From positions 250,758-314,757 of the forward strand of contig JAAESM010000050.1 of assembly GCA_024229395.1 (NCBI GenBank): a stretch of DNA of 64,000 bases. The letters are read 5' to 3'. Below, in pieces: positions 1 to 8,167 of this stretch (position 1 is its first letter; every line of letters begins with the position of its first letter). The position numbers and the translations under genes were made by a program. The stretch comes from Planctomycetota bacterium. Lineage in GTDB: Bacteria; Planctomycetota; UBA1135. The notes beneath the pieces are model-generated. The model did no database searches and had not been told where the DNA came from. It saw only the letters and a list, made by a program, of their open reading frames with translations.

Positions 1-263
1 TGCGCCGTGGTCATGGGCACTTGAGTCTGGTTGCGGTAACCGAAGGCGTCGCGCAGACGATCGGCTTCGCCTGGGAACAAATCGCTCCACACCAAGGTGT
101 AGCGGCCGCCATCACGAGCAGTAGTCAGCATGAAGCCATCGAGGTCATGCTCGACGATCGCCCCCACCAACATGCGGCCGTCGCGGAGACGCACCACTTG
201 ATCGCCGCCATCTTGAGGCATGGCAGGTAGTAGCAGGGTGGTTAACAGAAGTGGAAGGATCAT
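1..263 (-). CDS. hypothetical secreted protein, N-terminal part only (runs off the window); last visible gene of the pseudopilin operon
   Basis: ATG at 263 (cat 261-263), 2 nt after the stop of the upstream gene. The minus-strand frame is open to base 1. Hand translation: MILPLLLTTLLLPAMPQDGGDQVVRLRDGRMLVGAIVEHDLDGFMLTTARDGGRYTLVWSDLF..., with a signal-peptide-like N-terminus. Absent from the ORF track because it has no stop in the window. Confidence 0.4.
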   Translation of the reverse strand, partial: MILPLLLTTLLLPAMPQDGGDQVVRLRDGRMLVGAIVEHDLDGFMLTTARDGGRYTLVWSDLFPGEADRLRDAFGYRNQTQVPMTTA

Positions 264-265
264 GA

Positions 266-709
266 TCATGGCCGCTTGGTGCGTCGCTCGATGGGAACAT
301 CCCTTTCAAGCATAAAGGAAACACGCGTGAGCACGCGCTCTGGTGACTTGCGGTAGAAACGCAATTCTGCCCGACGTAAAGCCGGGTTGTCGCCGGGAGG
401 CCGCACGATCAAGTCGAAACGGTATCCAGACGCGCCTGGCACCTCGGTGCCAGTGTAGGTACGTAAGCCGGTGGGTGCACCGGATTCGTCTAGCAACCAC
501 GCATCGCGGCGTAACTCGGCGATGAGCGGTTCGATGGCGGGCGCCAGTTCGGCGCGCACGCGAGCACTTTGTTCGAGGTTGCCACCGACTTGGAACAAGC
601 CCAAGATGGCAGTGATGCCGAACATGAAGATCGCAATCGCGATAATGACTTCAAGGATGGTGAAGCCCGACGCCTTGCGTTTTGCGATGGTTGCGTTGAC
701 GGAGTTCAT
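266..709 (-). CDS. minor pseudopilin, GspI-like (prepilin-type N-terminal cleavage/methylation domain)
   Basis: N-terminus KRKASGFTILEVIIAIAIFMFGITAILGLF matches the prepilin G|FT(L/I)xE motif plus hydrophobic helix. The size (147 aa) is typical of GspI. ATG at 709 overlaps the upstream TGA (TGATG). Confidence 0.65.
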   Translation of the reverse strand: MNSVNATIAKRKASGFTILEVIIAIAIFMFGITAILGLFQVGGNLEQSARVRAELAPAIEPLIAELRRDAWLLDESGAPTGLRTYTGTEVPGASGYRFDLIVRPPGDNPALRRAELRFYRKSPERVLTRVSFMLERDVPIERRTKRP

Positions 710-1620
710 CAAGGAAGCCTCCGGCCGTCGGCAGCGATGCGGTTGGTGCTCTGATAACGCGACGGCATGTAGACCGGTGTGCGTTGCGAATATTCGCCTG
801 GCAGCGTGTCGCGTTCACCGCGCGCGCTGAAGCGAATGTTCGGGAAGCTGCCGTCGATGCGTACCCATTCGTTGCCAACCAGCGCATATTCCGGAAGGCG
901 AATCGGCGCGATACCACGCAAGCGCACGGCTTCCGGTTCGCCGGCGATTGGATCATCGAGGTTGGCGGGCTGCTTGCGCGCGTTACCGGAAACGAACTCA
1001 ATGGTGAGATCGATCTTCGACGGGAAGTCGAAAGGCATGTCGTTATCGATGCGCACGTTCTTGGTCAGCTGACCATCGGTGTCGTGGGCAATAAACTCAG
1101 TCCACAATACGCCGTCCATCACCGTCAGGCCTTCGTCGCCACGGATCATCTCTTGCAGGGTGCCGCGATCACGCACGCTGCGCTGCGGGTTCTCGATGTT
1201 GGTAAAACGCACCAAGCGCCCGAAACGGGAATTGGGGTCTTCCGGCACGATGGTCCACATGATTTCAACAGGCTCGCGGTTGGTCGGATCCACATCCGTC
1301 AGGGCAGCACCATCAGCTAGGAAACGAATGCGTGGCAGATACCAAGCCGCAACGCCTTCACTGGCGGAGCGCGCTTCCCATTGATCGACGATCAGCCAAC
1401 CGCGGGAACCGGTGTGCAGAGCATTCAAGTCGCCACGGAAACGTTCCACTGCCGCAGCGAAGACCAAGTCCCCCTGGCCGCGGCGCTCACCGCTCGACCA
1501 CAGGTTGACCACCGAGTTCATCACTTGCATGACGAAGGCCGACAGGATGCCGAACAAGGCCAGTGCGATGACCAGTTCCAGCAAGGTCATGCCGCGACGC
1601 TTCTGATCGCTGCGGATCAT
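709..1620 (-). CDS. minor pseudopilin, GspJ-like (prepilin-type N-terminal domain)
   Basis: N-terminus KRRGMTLLELVIALALFGILSAFVMQV is a prepilin motif. There is an ATGA overlap with the upstream gene at 1617-1620. The position between the K-like and I-like genes fits GspJ. Confidence 0.6.
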   Translation of the reverse strand: MIRSDQKRRGMTLLELVIALALFGILSAFVMQVMNSVVNLWSSGERRGQGDLVFAAAVERFRGDLNALHTGSRGWLIVDQWEARSASEGVAAWYLPRIRFLADGAALTDVDPTNREPVEIMWTIVPEDPNSRFGRLVRFTNIENPQRSVRDRGTLQEMIRGDEGLTVMDGVLWTEFIAHDTDGQLTKNVRIDNDMPFDFPSKIDLTIEFVSGNARKQPANLDDPIAGEPEAVRLRGIAPIRLPEYALVGNEWVRIDGSFPNIRFSARGERDTLPGEYSQRTPVYMPSRYQSTNRIAADGRRLP

Positions 1621-4600
1621 TCGACCACCTCCTTGCTGTTCTCAATCCGGGTGCTTGCCCAGTAATCGAACATGACATGACGCAGACGCGGCTCCATCGT
1701 CCAGCCGGTCGCGGTGTAGGTGGTTGGGTCGAATGCACCCGGTCCCCAATCGAACATGAAGCGCGCATCAAGGCGATCGCTGTTCAGCTGCAGGGTCTGC
1801 GGTCCACCACTTGCGGTGCGCCCGCGGTGGAACTCCAGCAAGCCTGGCGTGGTGCGTGGATCGTCTTCCCAGTTCGCCAAACCAGCACGCACCAAAGCGC
1901 GCACAGTAATCGAGTTATCCGGCAGTTCGGCTTGATACGACATGGATTCCCAATGCGCTTGCGGTTCTTCGAAGCTCACTTGGTACCACGCGCCGACCCC
2001 GCTATCGGAGCGTGGGATGTAGTTATCCATCCAACGGTTGGGGAAGGAAATCGCCACCGCGCCATCGGCGTGGTTGGCGGGATCGGTTCCGAAACGTCCG
2101 CGCAACAAGCCCATACCAGGGTCATCGTCGCCGTTGTCACGCGTACGCGGCATTCCAACAAAACCATTGCCGCGCATAGGTGCGTGCATCAACTCCTGAC
2201 CAATCAGAATCATGCCGCTGGTGGCGAAGCCGTTGGTGTTGGTCAGTGGCACAACTTCGCTGCCGATGCCCATACCGCCGTTAAGCGCAACAGATGCACG
2301 GCCATCAACCATCCACACCCGTGCGCCGCGACCATGGCCGCGTGGCTCGGTGCCCATCAATCCACGACCATCCGGTGCGATGGTGATCTCACCATTGCCG
2401 ACGTCGATCTGGTTGTAAGCGATACGCTCGCCATCAATATCGAGGATGCCCGACTGTGGCATGAACCCAAGGTAAGTTCCTTGCGCCACACCCGGCGAAC
2501 CCCAGCGCCGCCCATCCAACGAAAGTTGGCTGCGGTTAACTGTTATGTTGCCAGAGTAGGTGGCATCAAAATCCATTTCCAGGATCATTGCGCCACGCGC
2601 GAAGGCACCTTGCACATTGCCCATGCCGCCGACGTTATGCAGTGAGACTTCATCGACCATGCCGCTGAACTCCGGCGCTGCGCCACTGGTATCGCCACCA
2701 ACAATGAAGTTGGCCAGATTCGCAGGGCGTTCATGGTTCGGGAACTTGCAGATTCGTGGGAACTCGCGCCAGTCGGAATAGAACAGCGGGTTCTGCACCA
2801 GGGTCTGGTAGTCGAACGAGGTCACCGGGTTGACGGTCGAATCCTCGAAGGCAATGTAGGTGCAGCGCGATTCCAGGCGGCCGTCGTTCTCGCGCACAGC
2901 CGTAGCCCATTGCACGGTGTACCAGAATGGCGTTCCGGTGTTGGTTGGATCCATGACCGCAACGCGATCCAAACGACCGACATAACCTTCGCCAGGAATG
3001 CTGTTGAGTGCTTGCGCTCCTGAGAACGGGCGGATGGTCTTGAACACCGGCACGGCACGATCGCCGGCAGTGTGCGGGTGGTCGTGGGTGCCCATGACGC
3101 CACGGAACTGTAAGCGCCATGACCGCTGCCAAATGGTCTCGCCAGCGACATCGGTGTCCCGCCCCTCTTCGGCAATGCCGATGGTCGGGCGCGTTGCCCA
3201 GATATCCTCTGGGTCTTGTTGCAGCGCCGGTGGCTCTGGAATGTCGTAGAACGCAGGCGACACGATCAACGGTGCGTTAGGGGCATTCGGTGCATCGGGC
3301 CCTGACGGCGCAGGCGGAGCGGATGGAGGCTCAACGTCGTCTTCTTCGTCATCCCAAACCAAGCCTTCCTGCATGCGATACAGAGCACCCCATTCATCGC
3401 GCACGAAGCAACCATCAATGATGTTGTCGTAACGCACCCACTCGGTGTTGGCAGGGTCACCGGCAGCGGCGATCTGCACGATCTCCGAGCGGTTCGGCAA
3501 GCCCGGTGAGTAGGTCACGTCGGTGGCGCCGGTGGTCTTCAATGAGATCGGCACGATGTAGACATCGAGCTGGTGGATCTCACTGAGCATGCGCCCATCG
3601 GCGAGCTGTAGGTTGTCCTCCCAGTTGGTGACGAAGGTGTTGCCAGCTTCATTGAAGACGCCATCGGTGGCTTCGACCACGCCAGGAGTCTGCACGTTGC
3701 GCTCGGACAAGGTTAGCGTGGTGCCGGTGCGCGAGCTGTAACGCACGACTTCCCAACCACCGATGCGGCTTTCGTCCTCGGCGTTGCGCAGTGCCAACGG
3801 GCCTTGGAACATGAAGGCGAAACCGCCGTCACTCTGGAAGGCTTCGGCGTAGTACTCATCCTCGGCGTCGAAACGCATCAATGGGCTTAGTTCGATCGGG
3901 CCGAGGTAATCGCCGGAGATGCCTTGGCCGAGTCCGATTGGCACCAACAACGGTGGAATCAAGGCGATGATCTCATCGATACCGGTGGTGCAAGTTGCGA
4001 TCGACCATGGGCCGACTTCGCCCGACAAGGTATGGCCGCCTGGTGGCAAGCGCTCAAGGATGGCGGCCGAGTAACCGTACAACTCCACGCCCGCACCCAG
4101 CGGATGCTCAGTACCGGTAGATAAGGCGAGCAAGTCGGTGCCTTCGCGCAAGGAGCGACCACCAATGAACAAGCCAGGATCCCAATCAAGCACGAAGGAG
4201 TTGGAAGTCTTGGAACTGTAATCGACCAGCTCATTGCCGATCCGTAAAACGCCGCGGTCCGGGAAACCTTCGGTGCCTTCGACGTAAATCTCACCACCCG
4301 CGGCGGCGGTGAAGGCATCCATGGCTGCAGTCAGATGGGTGAAGCCATCGATCTCGCCACGTGGGACGCCGTCGATGCAGACCTGAATGCCGCGCGCCGA
4401 TTGGTTGCGCATGGTCACCGAGATGTGGAACCATCGATTGGTCAGCGCGTACTCGGCAAAATCCAAGCGCTGGGTGACCGCCTCCTGCAGCGAGAATGGA
4501 TCACCTGGATCTTCGCCCATGGTGCTCCAGCAGCGCACGATTAACTCGTTGTTTTCAATCGCCACACTGACGCGGTTGCGATCGGTCTCAAAACCGGCAA

Positions 4601-6548
4601 GGTCAAAGACATGGCCGTTGTTGAGGTTGTCAGCACGGAACCAACCCTGGAAGTGCAGCGGCTCAATATTGCTGATGGAATTGCCTTCGCCGACCCCCCA
4701 CTCATTGAGCGGCTGGTTGTACGGGCCGAACTCATTGATGTTGCGACCAAGCGGAGAGGTTTCGTAATCGAAGTGTTCGGTACGCCCACGACCATTGTGC
4801 GGGAATGTATCGCTTTCGCGCGCCGGCACCGGCACCACGGAGCTGACTTCATAATCTTTCTCTGGCAGGCTGCGACCAGGGCGTGTCAAAGCCCCCACTT
4901 GCATGGTTGGGCCGTTCATCGGCTGGCCGAACTCGTTGGTAAAACTGCCCATCGCGTTTGGCAAGGTCGTCACGCCATGCAAGCCGCGCGACCAACGTCC
5001 GAAGTCTTCAAAGACCTCTTGGTTGTTCAGCAAGGAGACAGCTGCATCCGACTGCGCACTCGGGGCGGCATGCACGCGTTGCTCATAGGAGGCGCGCGCC
5101 AAGGTGCGGCCGAGTCGCGAGCGGATCGCGGCATTGACGCGATGCTGATAGAGGTTGCCGGTGCGATAACCGAACGATGTGGTGCTCTGGCGCAGAGTGC
5201 CGTTGTTCGGATCGATGCTGTTGACGTAGATTGCCCAGGCATCGATGTCGGTCAAGCCGCCTTCGTCAGCCATCGGTCCAAGTACGCGGCCCCACAAATC
5301 GGCTGGACCCTGCAGCGGTCGCGCAGCCATCACACGTTCGGTGAAAGCGCGTGCTTCGGTCTCACTGACCCATTCGCGACCACGTGCACCACTGGTCTGA
5401 CGATCACTGATCACCGGCGGATTGCCGCGGAAGGCCAAGCCCGTGACCATGGCAGTGATGATCTCTGGCTGACATGCGTTGATGTCAATCGGCTCGCGGC
5501 GCAACGGATGGATGCGCGTTTGAAACGGCACGAACCAAGTTGGCACCGGCGCGGACAACAACAAGCGCCCTCCATTGGCCACCATCACCAGACGGTCGAC
5601 GGCATCGATCAAATCGCCGTCTTCCGGGATGATGCGCACCACGGTTCCGGCGTTGAACAAAGTGGCGTCGCTGATCGAGATGATCTCGGGGTTCTCCGGA
5701 TCGATCGCGCGCGTCAGCCAACCGCCGGGTTCCCATTCGGCACTGCCATAGGAACCAGTGTCCAAACTGGAGTAGGACTGGATGCGACTCTTATCGGCCT
5801 CGGGTAAGACTTCGGCATCGGCAGTGCCAAAGTTGAAGTTCAGCATGTCGCCGAAGAACTCCGGTGCATGATGTTGGCCGGTCTGGAAGCGCGACAGCAC
5901 CAAAGCTTGCACACGCGGATCCTGAATCTCGCGGCCACGTCGGAAGCGCGTTTGATCAAGGTCTTCTGGCGCATCCAAGTCTTGTTGGACTTCGGTGAAC
6001 TTACGTGCCTCGATGCCACCATAGACCACCCACTTCGAACCGATCCACAACAGGCCGGTTTCGGGGAAGCCGTCGGTAGAGGTGACTTGTAATTCGCTGT
6101 CGCCGTGTGCTGCATCGGCGGTCAGGAAGCACGGGTGGATCAAGTTCTGCAGCAGCATCACCGGCGCTGTGGCCAAAGAGACCTTCGACTGCAGGCTTTC
6201 GATTTCAGCGCCCCATGCTTCGGTGGAACCTAACCAATCATCGCCAAGGCTATGCGGCAACGGTCCAAGAATGCTGCCATCCCATTCATCGGTGGAATCC
6301 CAAAGCGGCGTCGGATCCATCGATGGATGGCTCAAGGCTTCGTGGAAGGCGGTCACGCGCGAAGCCGAATCGACCGCAATGCGTGCGCGCGAACGGTCAT
6401 AAGTTTCGCTGGCCGCTTCCGAACGCATACGACTGGCGAACAGGAAAGGAACGCCGAGCGAGAACAGAACTGCCAACGACATCAACACGATCAGCAACGC
6501 GGCGCCACGTCGGCGGCCGACGGCGGTGGACATCCATGCGGTGCTCAT
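1617..6548 (-). CDS. giant (1643 aa) GspK-like pseudopilin-tip protein with an internal LamG/ConA-like region
   Basis: N-terminus GRRRGAALLIVLMSLAVLFSLGVPFLF resembles the GspK N-terminus (RGxALLxVL...). The segment WFHISVTMRNQSARGIQVCIDGVPRGEIDG looks like a LamG jelly-roll. There is a Pro/Ala-rich linker, PSAPPAPSGPDAPNAPNAP. ATGA overlaps occur at both ends (6545-6548 and 1617-1620). Confidence 0.55.
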   Translation of the reverse strand: MSTAWMSTAVGRRRGAALLIVLMSLAVLFSLGVPFLFASRMRSEAASETYDRSRARIAVDSASRVTAFHEALSHPSMDPTPLWDSTDEWDGSILGPLPHSLGDDWLGSTEAWGAEIESLQSKVSLATAPVMLLQNLIHPCFLTADAAHGDSELQVTSTDGFPETGLLWIGSKWVVYGGIEARKFTEVQQDLDAPEDLDQTRFRRGREIQDPRVQALVLSRFQTGQHHAPEFFGDMLNFNFGTADAEVLPEADKSRIQSYSSLDTGSYGSAEWEPGGWLTRAIDPENPEIISISDATLFNAGTVVRIIPEDGDLIDAVDRLVMVANGGRLLLSAPVPTWFVPFQTRIHPLRREPIDINACQPEIITAMVTGLAFRGNPPVISDRQTSGARGREWVSETEARAFTERVMAARPLQGPADLWGRVLGPMADEGGLTDIDAWAIYVNSIDPNNGTLRQSTTSFGYRTGNLYQHRVNAAIRSRLGRTLARASYEQRVHAAPSAQSDAAVSLLNNQEVFEDFGRWSRGLHGVTTLPNAMGSFTNEFGQPMNGPTMQVGALTRPGRSLPEKDYEVSSVVPVPARESDTFPHNGRGRTEHFDYETSPLGRNINEFGPYNQPLNEWGVGEGNSISNIEPLHFQGWFRADNLNNGHVFDLAGFETDRNRVSVAIENNELIVRCWSTMGEDPGDPFSLQEAVTQRLDFAEYALTNRWFHISVTMRNQSARGIQVCIDGVPRGEIDGFTHLTAAMDAFTAAAGGEIYVEGTEGFPDRGVLRIGNELVDYSSKTSNSFVLDWDPGLFIGGRSLREGTDLLALSTGTEHPLGAGVELYGYSAAILERLPPGGHTLSGEVGPWSIATCTTGIDEIIALIPPLLVPIGLGQGISGDYLGPIELSPLMRFDAEDEYYAEAFQSDGGFAFMFQGPLALRNAEDESRIGGWEVVRYSSRTGTTLTLSERNVQTPGVVEATDGVFNEAGNTFVTNWEDNLQLADGRMLSEIHQLDVYIVPISLKTTGATDVTYSPGLPNRSEIVQIAAAGDPANTEWVRYDNIIDGCFVRDEWGALYRMQEGLVWDDEEDDVEPPSAPPAPSGPDAPNAPNAPLIVSPAFYDIPEPPALQQDPEDIWATRPTIGIAEEGRDTDVAGETIWQRSWRLQFRGVMGTHDHPHTAGDRAVPVFKTIRPFSGAQALNSIPGEGYVGRLDRVAVMDPTNTGTPFWYTVQWATAVRENDGRLESRCTYIAFEDSTVNPVTSFDYQTLVQNPLFYSDWREFPRICKFPNHERPANLANFIVGGDTSGAAPEFSGMVDEVSLHNVGGMGNVQGAFARGAMILEMDFDATYSGNITVNRSQLSLDGRRWGSPGVAQGTYLGFMPQSGILDIDGERIAYNQIDVGNGEITIAPDGRGLMGTEPRGHGRGARVWMVDGRASVALNGGMGIGSEVVPLTNTNGFATSGMILIGQELMHAPMRGNGFVGMPRTRDNGDDDPGMGLLRGRFGTDPANHADGAVAISFPNRWMDNYIPRSDSGVGAWYQVSFEEPQAHWESMSYQAELPDNSITVRALVRAGLANWEDDPRTTPGLLEFHRGRTASGGPQTLQLNSDRLDARFMFDWGPGAFDPTTYTATGWTMEPRLRHVMFDYWASTRIENSKEVVE

Positions 6549-7549
6549 AGCGAGGCCTCCTGGGTGAAGCGTCCGACCACGAAGGAGCCGATTTCTTCAT
6601 CCAACTCAAGGATTACGACCGGCACCGAGCTCGCATGTGCTGCGGCATCGAGCATGCCGTTGCGGTCGAACAACAAGGGCAGACCAGCCGGCAGGATCTC
6701 GACGTTTTCGGGGACTTCTGGTCCCAACTCACCAACACGAGCCCACACGGTGAACTCATCAACCAGCCCAATCCAGCCATCCTCGTCGTTGCCAAGAATC
6801 GGTATCGAGCGCGAGGCCTGCAGAATCGGTGGAATCTCCATGCGCGCGACTTCCACCCCATTGATGGCCATCACGAAGCTTTGTTCGGCAGCGACCAATT
6901 TCAGATGCTGCCACTGATTGATCTTCAGGCTATCGGCCGGTGACTCCAGCAACATGTCCTGGAAGAAATCACCGTCACCGGCGCGTACTGTGGCCGCAAC
7001 CACTCCGGAGCGACGGATCTCGATGTTCAGGAAGCCATCCCAACCGAGCAAGTCGCCGCCGTTACCGAGCTCACTGAAGATATCCATATCGAGGCCGAAG
7101 CCTTGGGTCAGATCCGGCATACCGCGCCCTTCGATACTAATGGTGCCGCCTTCGCGCAAGTCACCGCAAGTACCGAAGCGTCCGGTAGCGCCAATCGCGG
7201 CCGAACCAGTGAACTGCAGTCCTTCACGCAACTGGAAGTCTGGTTCGAAGGAAGCCTCGAGTGCACGTCGGTAGACGAAGCGCATCAGACGGCGTTCCCG
7301 CTCTGCAGTGGCTGGCATCTGCTTGACGCTGACTGGATGACCAGAGATGCGTGCGCGATCACGACTGCCTTCCAGGAAAGTCTCGATACTGACTCGCAAG
7401 CCACGGTTACCGGGGTCGAAGCGATCGATGCCGGCGACACTGACTCCGGCCACCACTCCCAAGACCACCATCACGATAATCAACTCCAGCAGGGTGAAGC
7501 CTGCGGAGCGTGAGCGTGATGAGGATTTGAGCAAGGGAGTCACCGACAT
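6545..7549 (-). CDS. GspH-like pseudopilin fused to a LamG-like (concanavalin A-like lectin) domain
   Basis: The motif RSRSAGFTLLELIIVMVVLGVVAGVSVAG is a prepilin N-terminus. The C-terminal part, WQHLKLVAAEQSFVMAINGVEVARME...GWIGLVDEFTVW, matches the LamG pattern (W.H...DG...G.iDE..vW). ATG verified at 7549. Confidence 0.6.
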   Translation of the reverse strand: MSVTPLLKSSSRSRSAGFTLLELIIVMVVLGVVAGVSVAGIDRFDPGNRGLRVSIETFLEGSRDRARISGHPVSVKQMPATAERERRLMRFVYRRALEASFEPDFQLREGLQFTGSAAIGATGRFGTCGDLREGGTISIEGRGMPDLTQGFGLDMDIFSELGNGGDLLGWDGFLNIEIRRSGVVAATVRAGDGDFFQDMLLESPADSLKINQWQHLKLVAAEQSFVMAINGVEVARMEIPPILQASRSIPILGNDEDGWIGLVDEFTVWARVGELGPEVPENVEILPAGLPLLFDRNGMLDAAAHASSVPVVILELDEEIGSFVVGRFTQEASL

Positions 7550-7555
7550 CCTGAA

Positions 7556-8167
7556 TCAATCCGTGAACGAGTAGAGGTCGTCGTCGGTGTTGAAGTAGCC
7601 GTCTGGTCCAGCCGAGATGAGCTGAAAATCATTCGGCTCATGGAAGCTGTTGGTCACACTGCTGCGCTGTGCGAACACCACATCTTCTTCGAAGTAGTCA
7701 TCTTCACCAGCTAAGGCCACGCAGCCGTTCTCATCGGCATAGTGCAAGCTCTCGAAGTAAAGAATCGGGTTGCCCCATTCATCGCCGATCTCGAACAAAG
7801 CGCGCGTGCCGAGCATGGTCAGGTCGCGATTAGCCTCATCGCCATCGGTGTTGACCAGCCATTCTTGCGACGGGCGCGAGCCGGTGTACTTGGAATCGAA
7901 CAAGGCCAGAAAAAGTGCCTCGGCGTTGGCGTTCTTGGCATTCATGGCCACGCCTTTCATCAGGCGGTCATCGGGGTACTCGCCTTCTATGTTGCGGTAC
8001 TCGCGAATCATCGCCTCCAGCGAACGCAGCTTGGCTTGTGCCGCCTTGGTCTTGCTATCGCCGAAGATGTTGCCGCCGAAGCCAACGAACACGGCGCTCA
8101 ACACACCGATGATGACCAGCACGATCATCAACTCCAACAAGGTAAATCCGTTCGCTCTGTTTTTCAT
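7556..8167 (-). CDS. gspG: major pseudopilin, GspG-like
   Basis: The motif MKNRANGFTLLELMIVLVIIGVLSAV is a canonical prepilin N-terminus. The C-terminal SAGPDGYFNTDDDLYSF resembles the GspG Ca-binding tail. It is the first pseudopilin in the operon and has an ATGA overlap with the TPR gene at 8164-8167. Confidence 0.7.
   Translation of the reverse strand: MKNRANGFTLLELMIVLVIIGVLSAVFVGFGGNIFGDSKTKAAQAKLRSLEAMIREYRNIEGEYPDDRLMKGVAMNAKNANAEALFLALFDSKYTGSRPSQEWLVNTDGDEANRDLTMLGTRALFEIGDEWGNPILYFESLHYADENGCVALAGEDDYFEEDVVFAQRSSVTNSFHEPNDFQLISAGPDGYFNTDDDLYSFTD

Noticed and set aside
21-230. 69-aa plus-strand ORF at the window start
   Set aside because: It is antisense to the better-supported partial minus-strand CDS (1..263). 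That CDS has a signal peptide and is positioned 2 nt after the preceding operon gene.
4611-5807. 398-aa plus-strand ORF, and many other long ORFs antisense to confident genes. Examples are 35977..37134 (-), 44578..45639 (+), 54112..54993 (-), 55030..56322 (-), 56392..57345 (-), 57628..58932 (-), 11741..12634 (+) and 1677..2645 (+).
   Set aside because: They lie fully inside, and antisense to, ORFs with clear domain signatures. Their translations are Arg/Ala/Gly/His-rich and low in complexity, with no motifs. This is the usual artefact of stop-codon depletion in GC-rich DNA.
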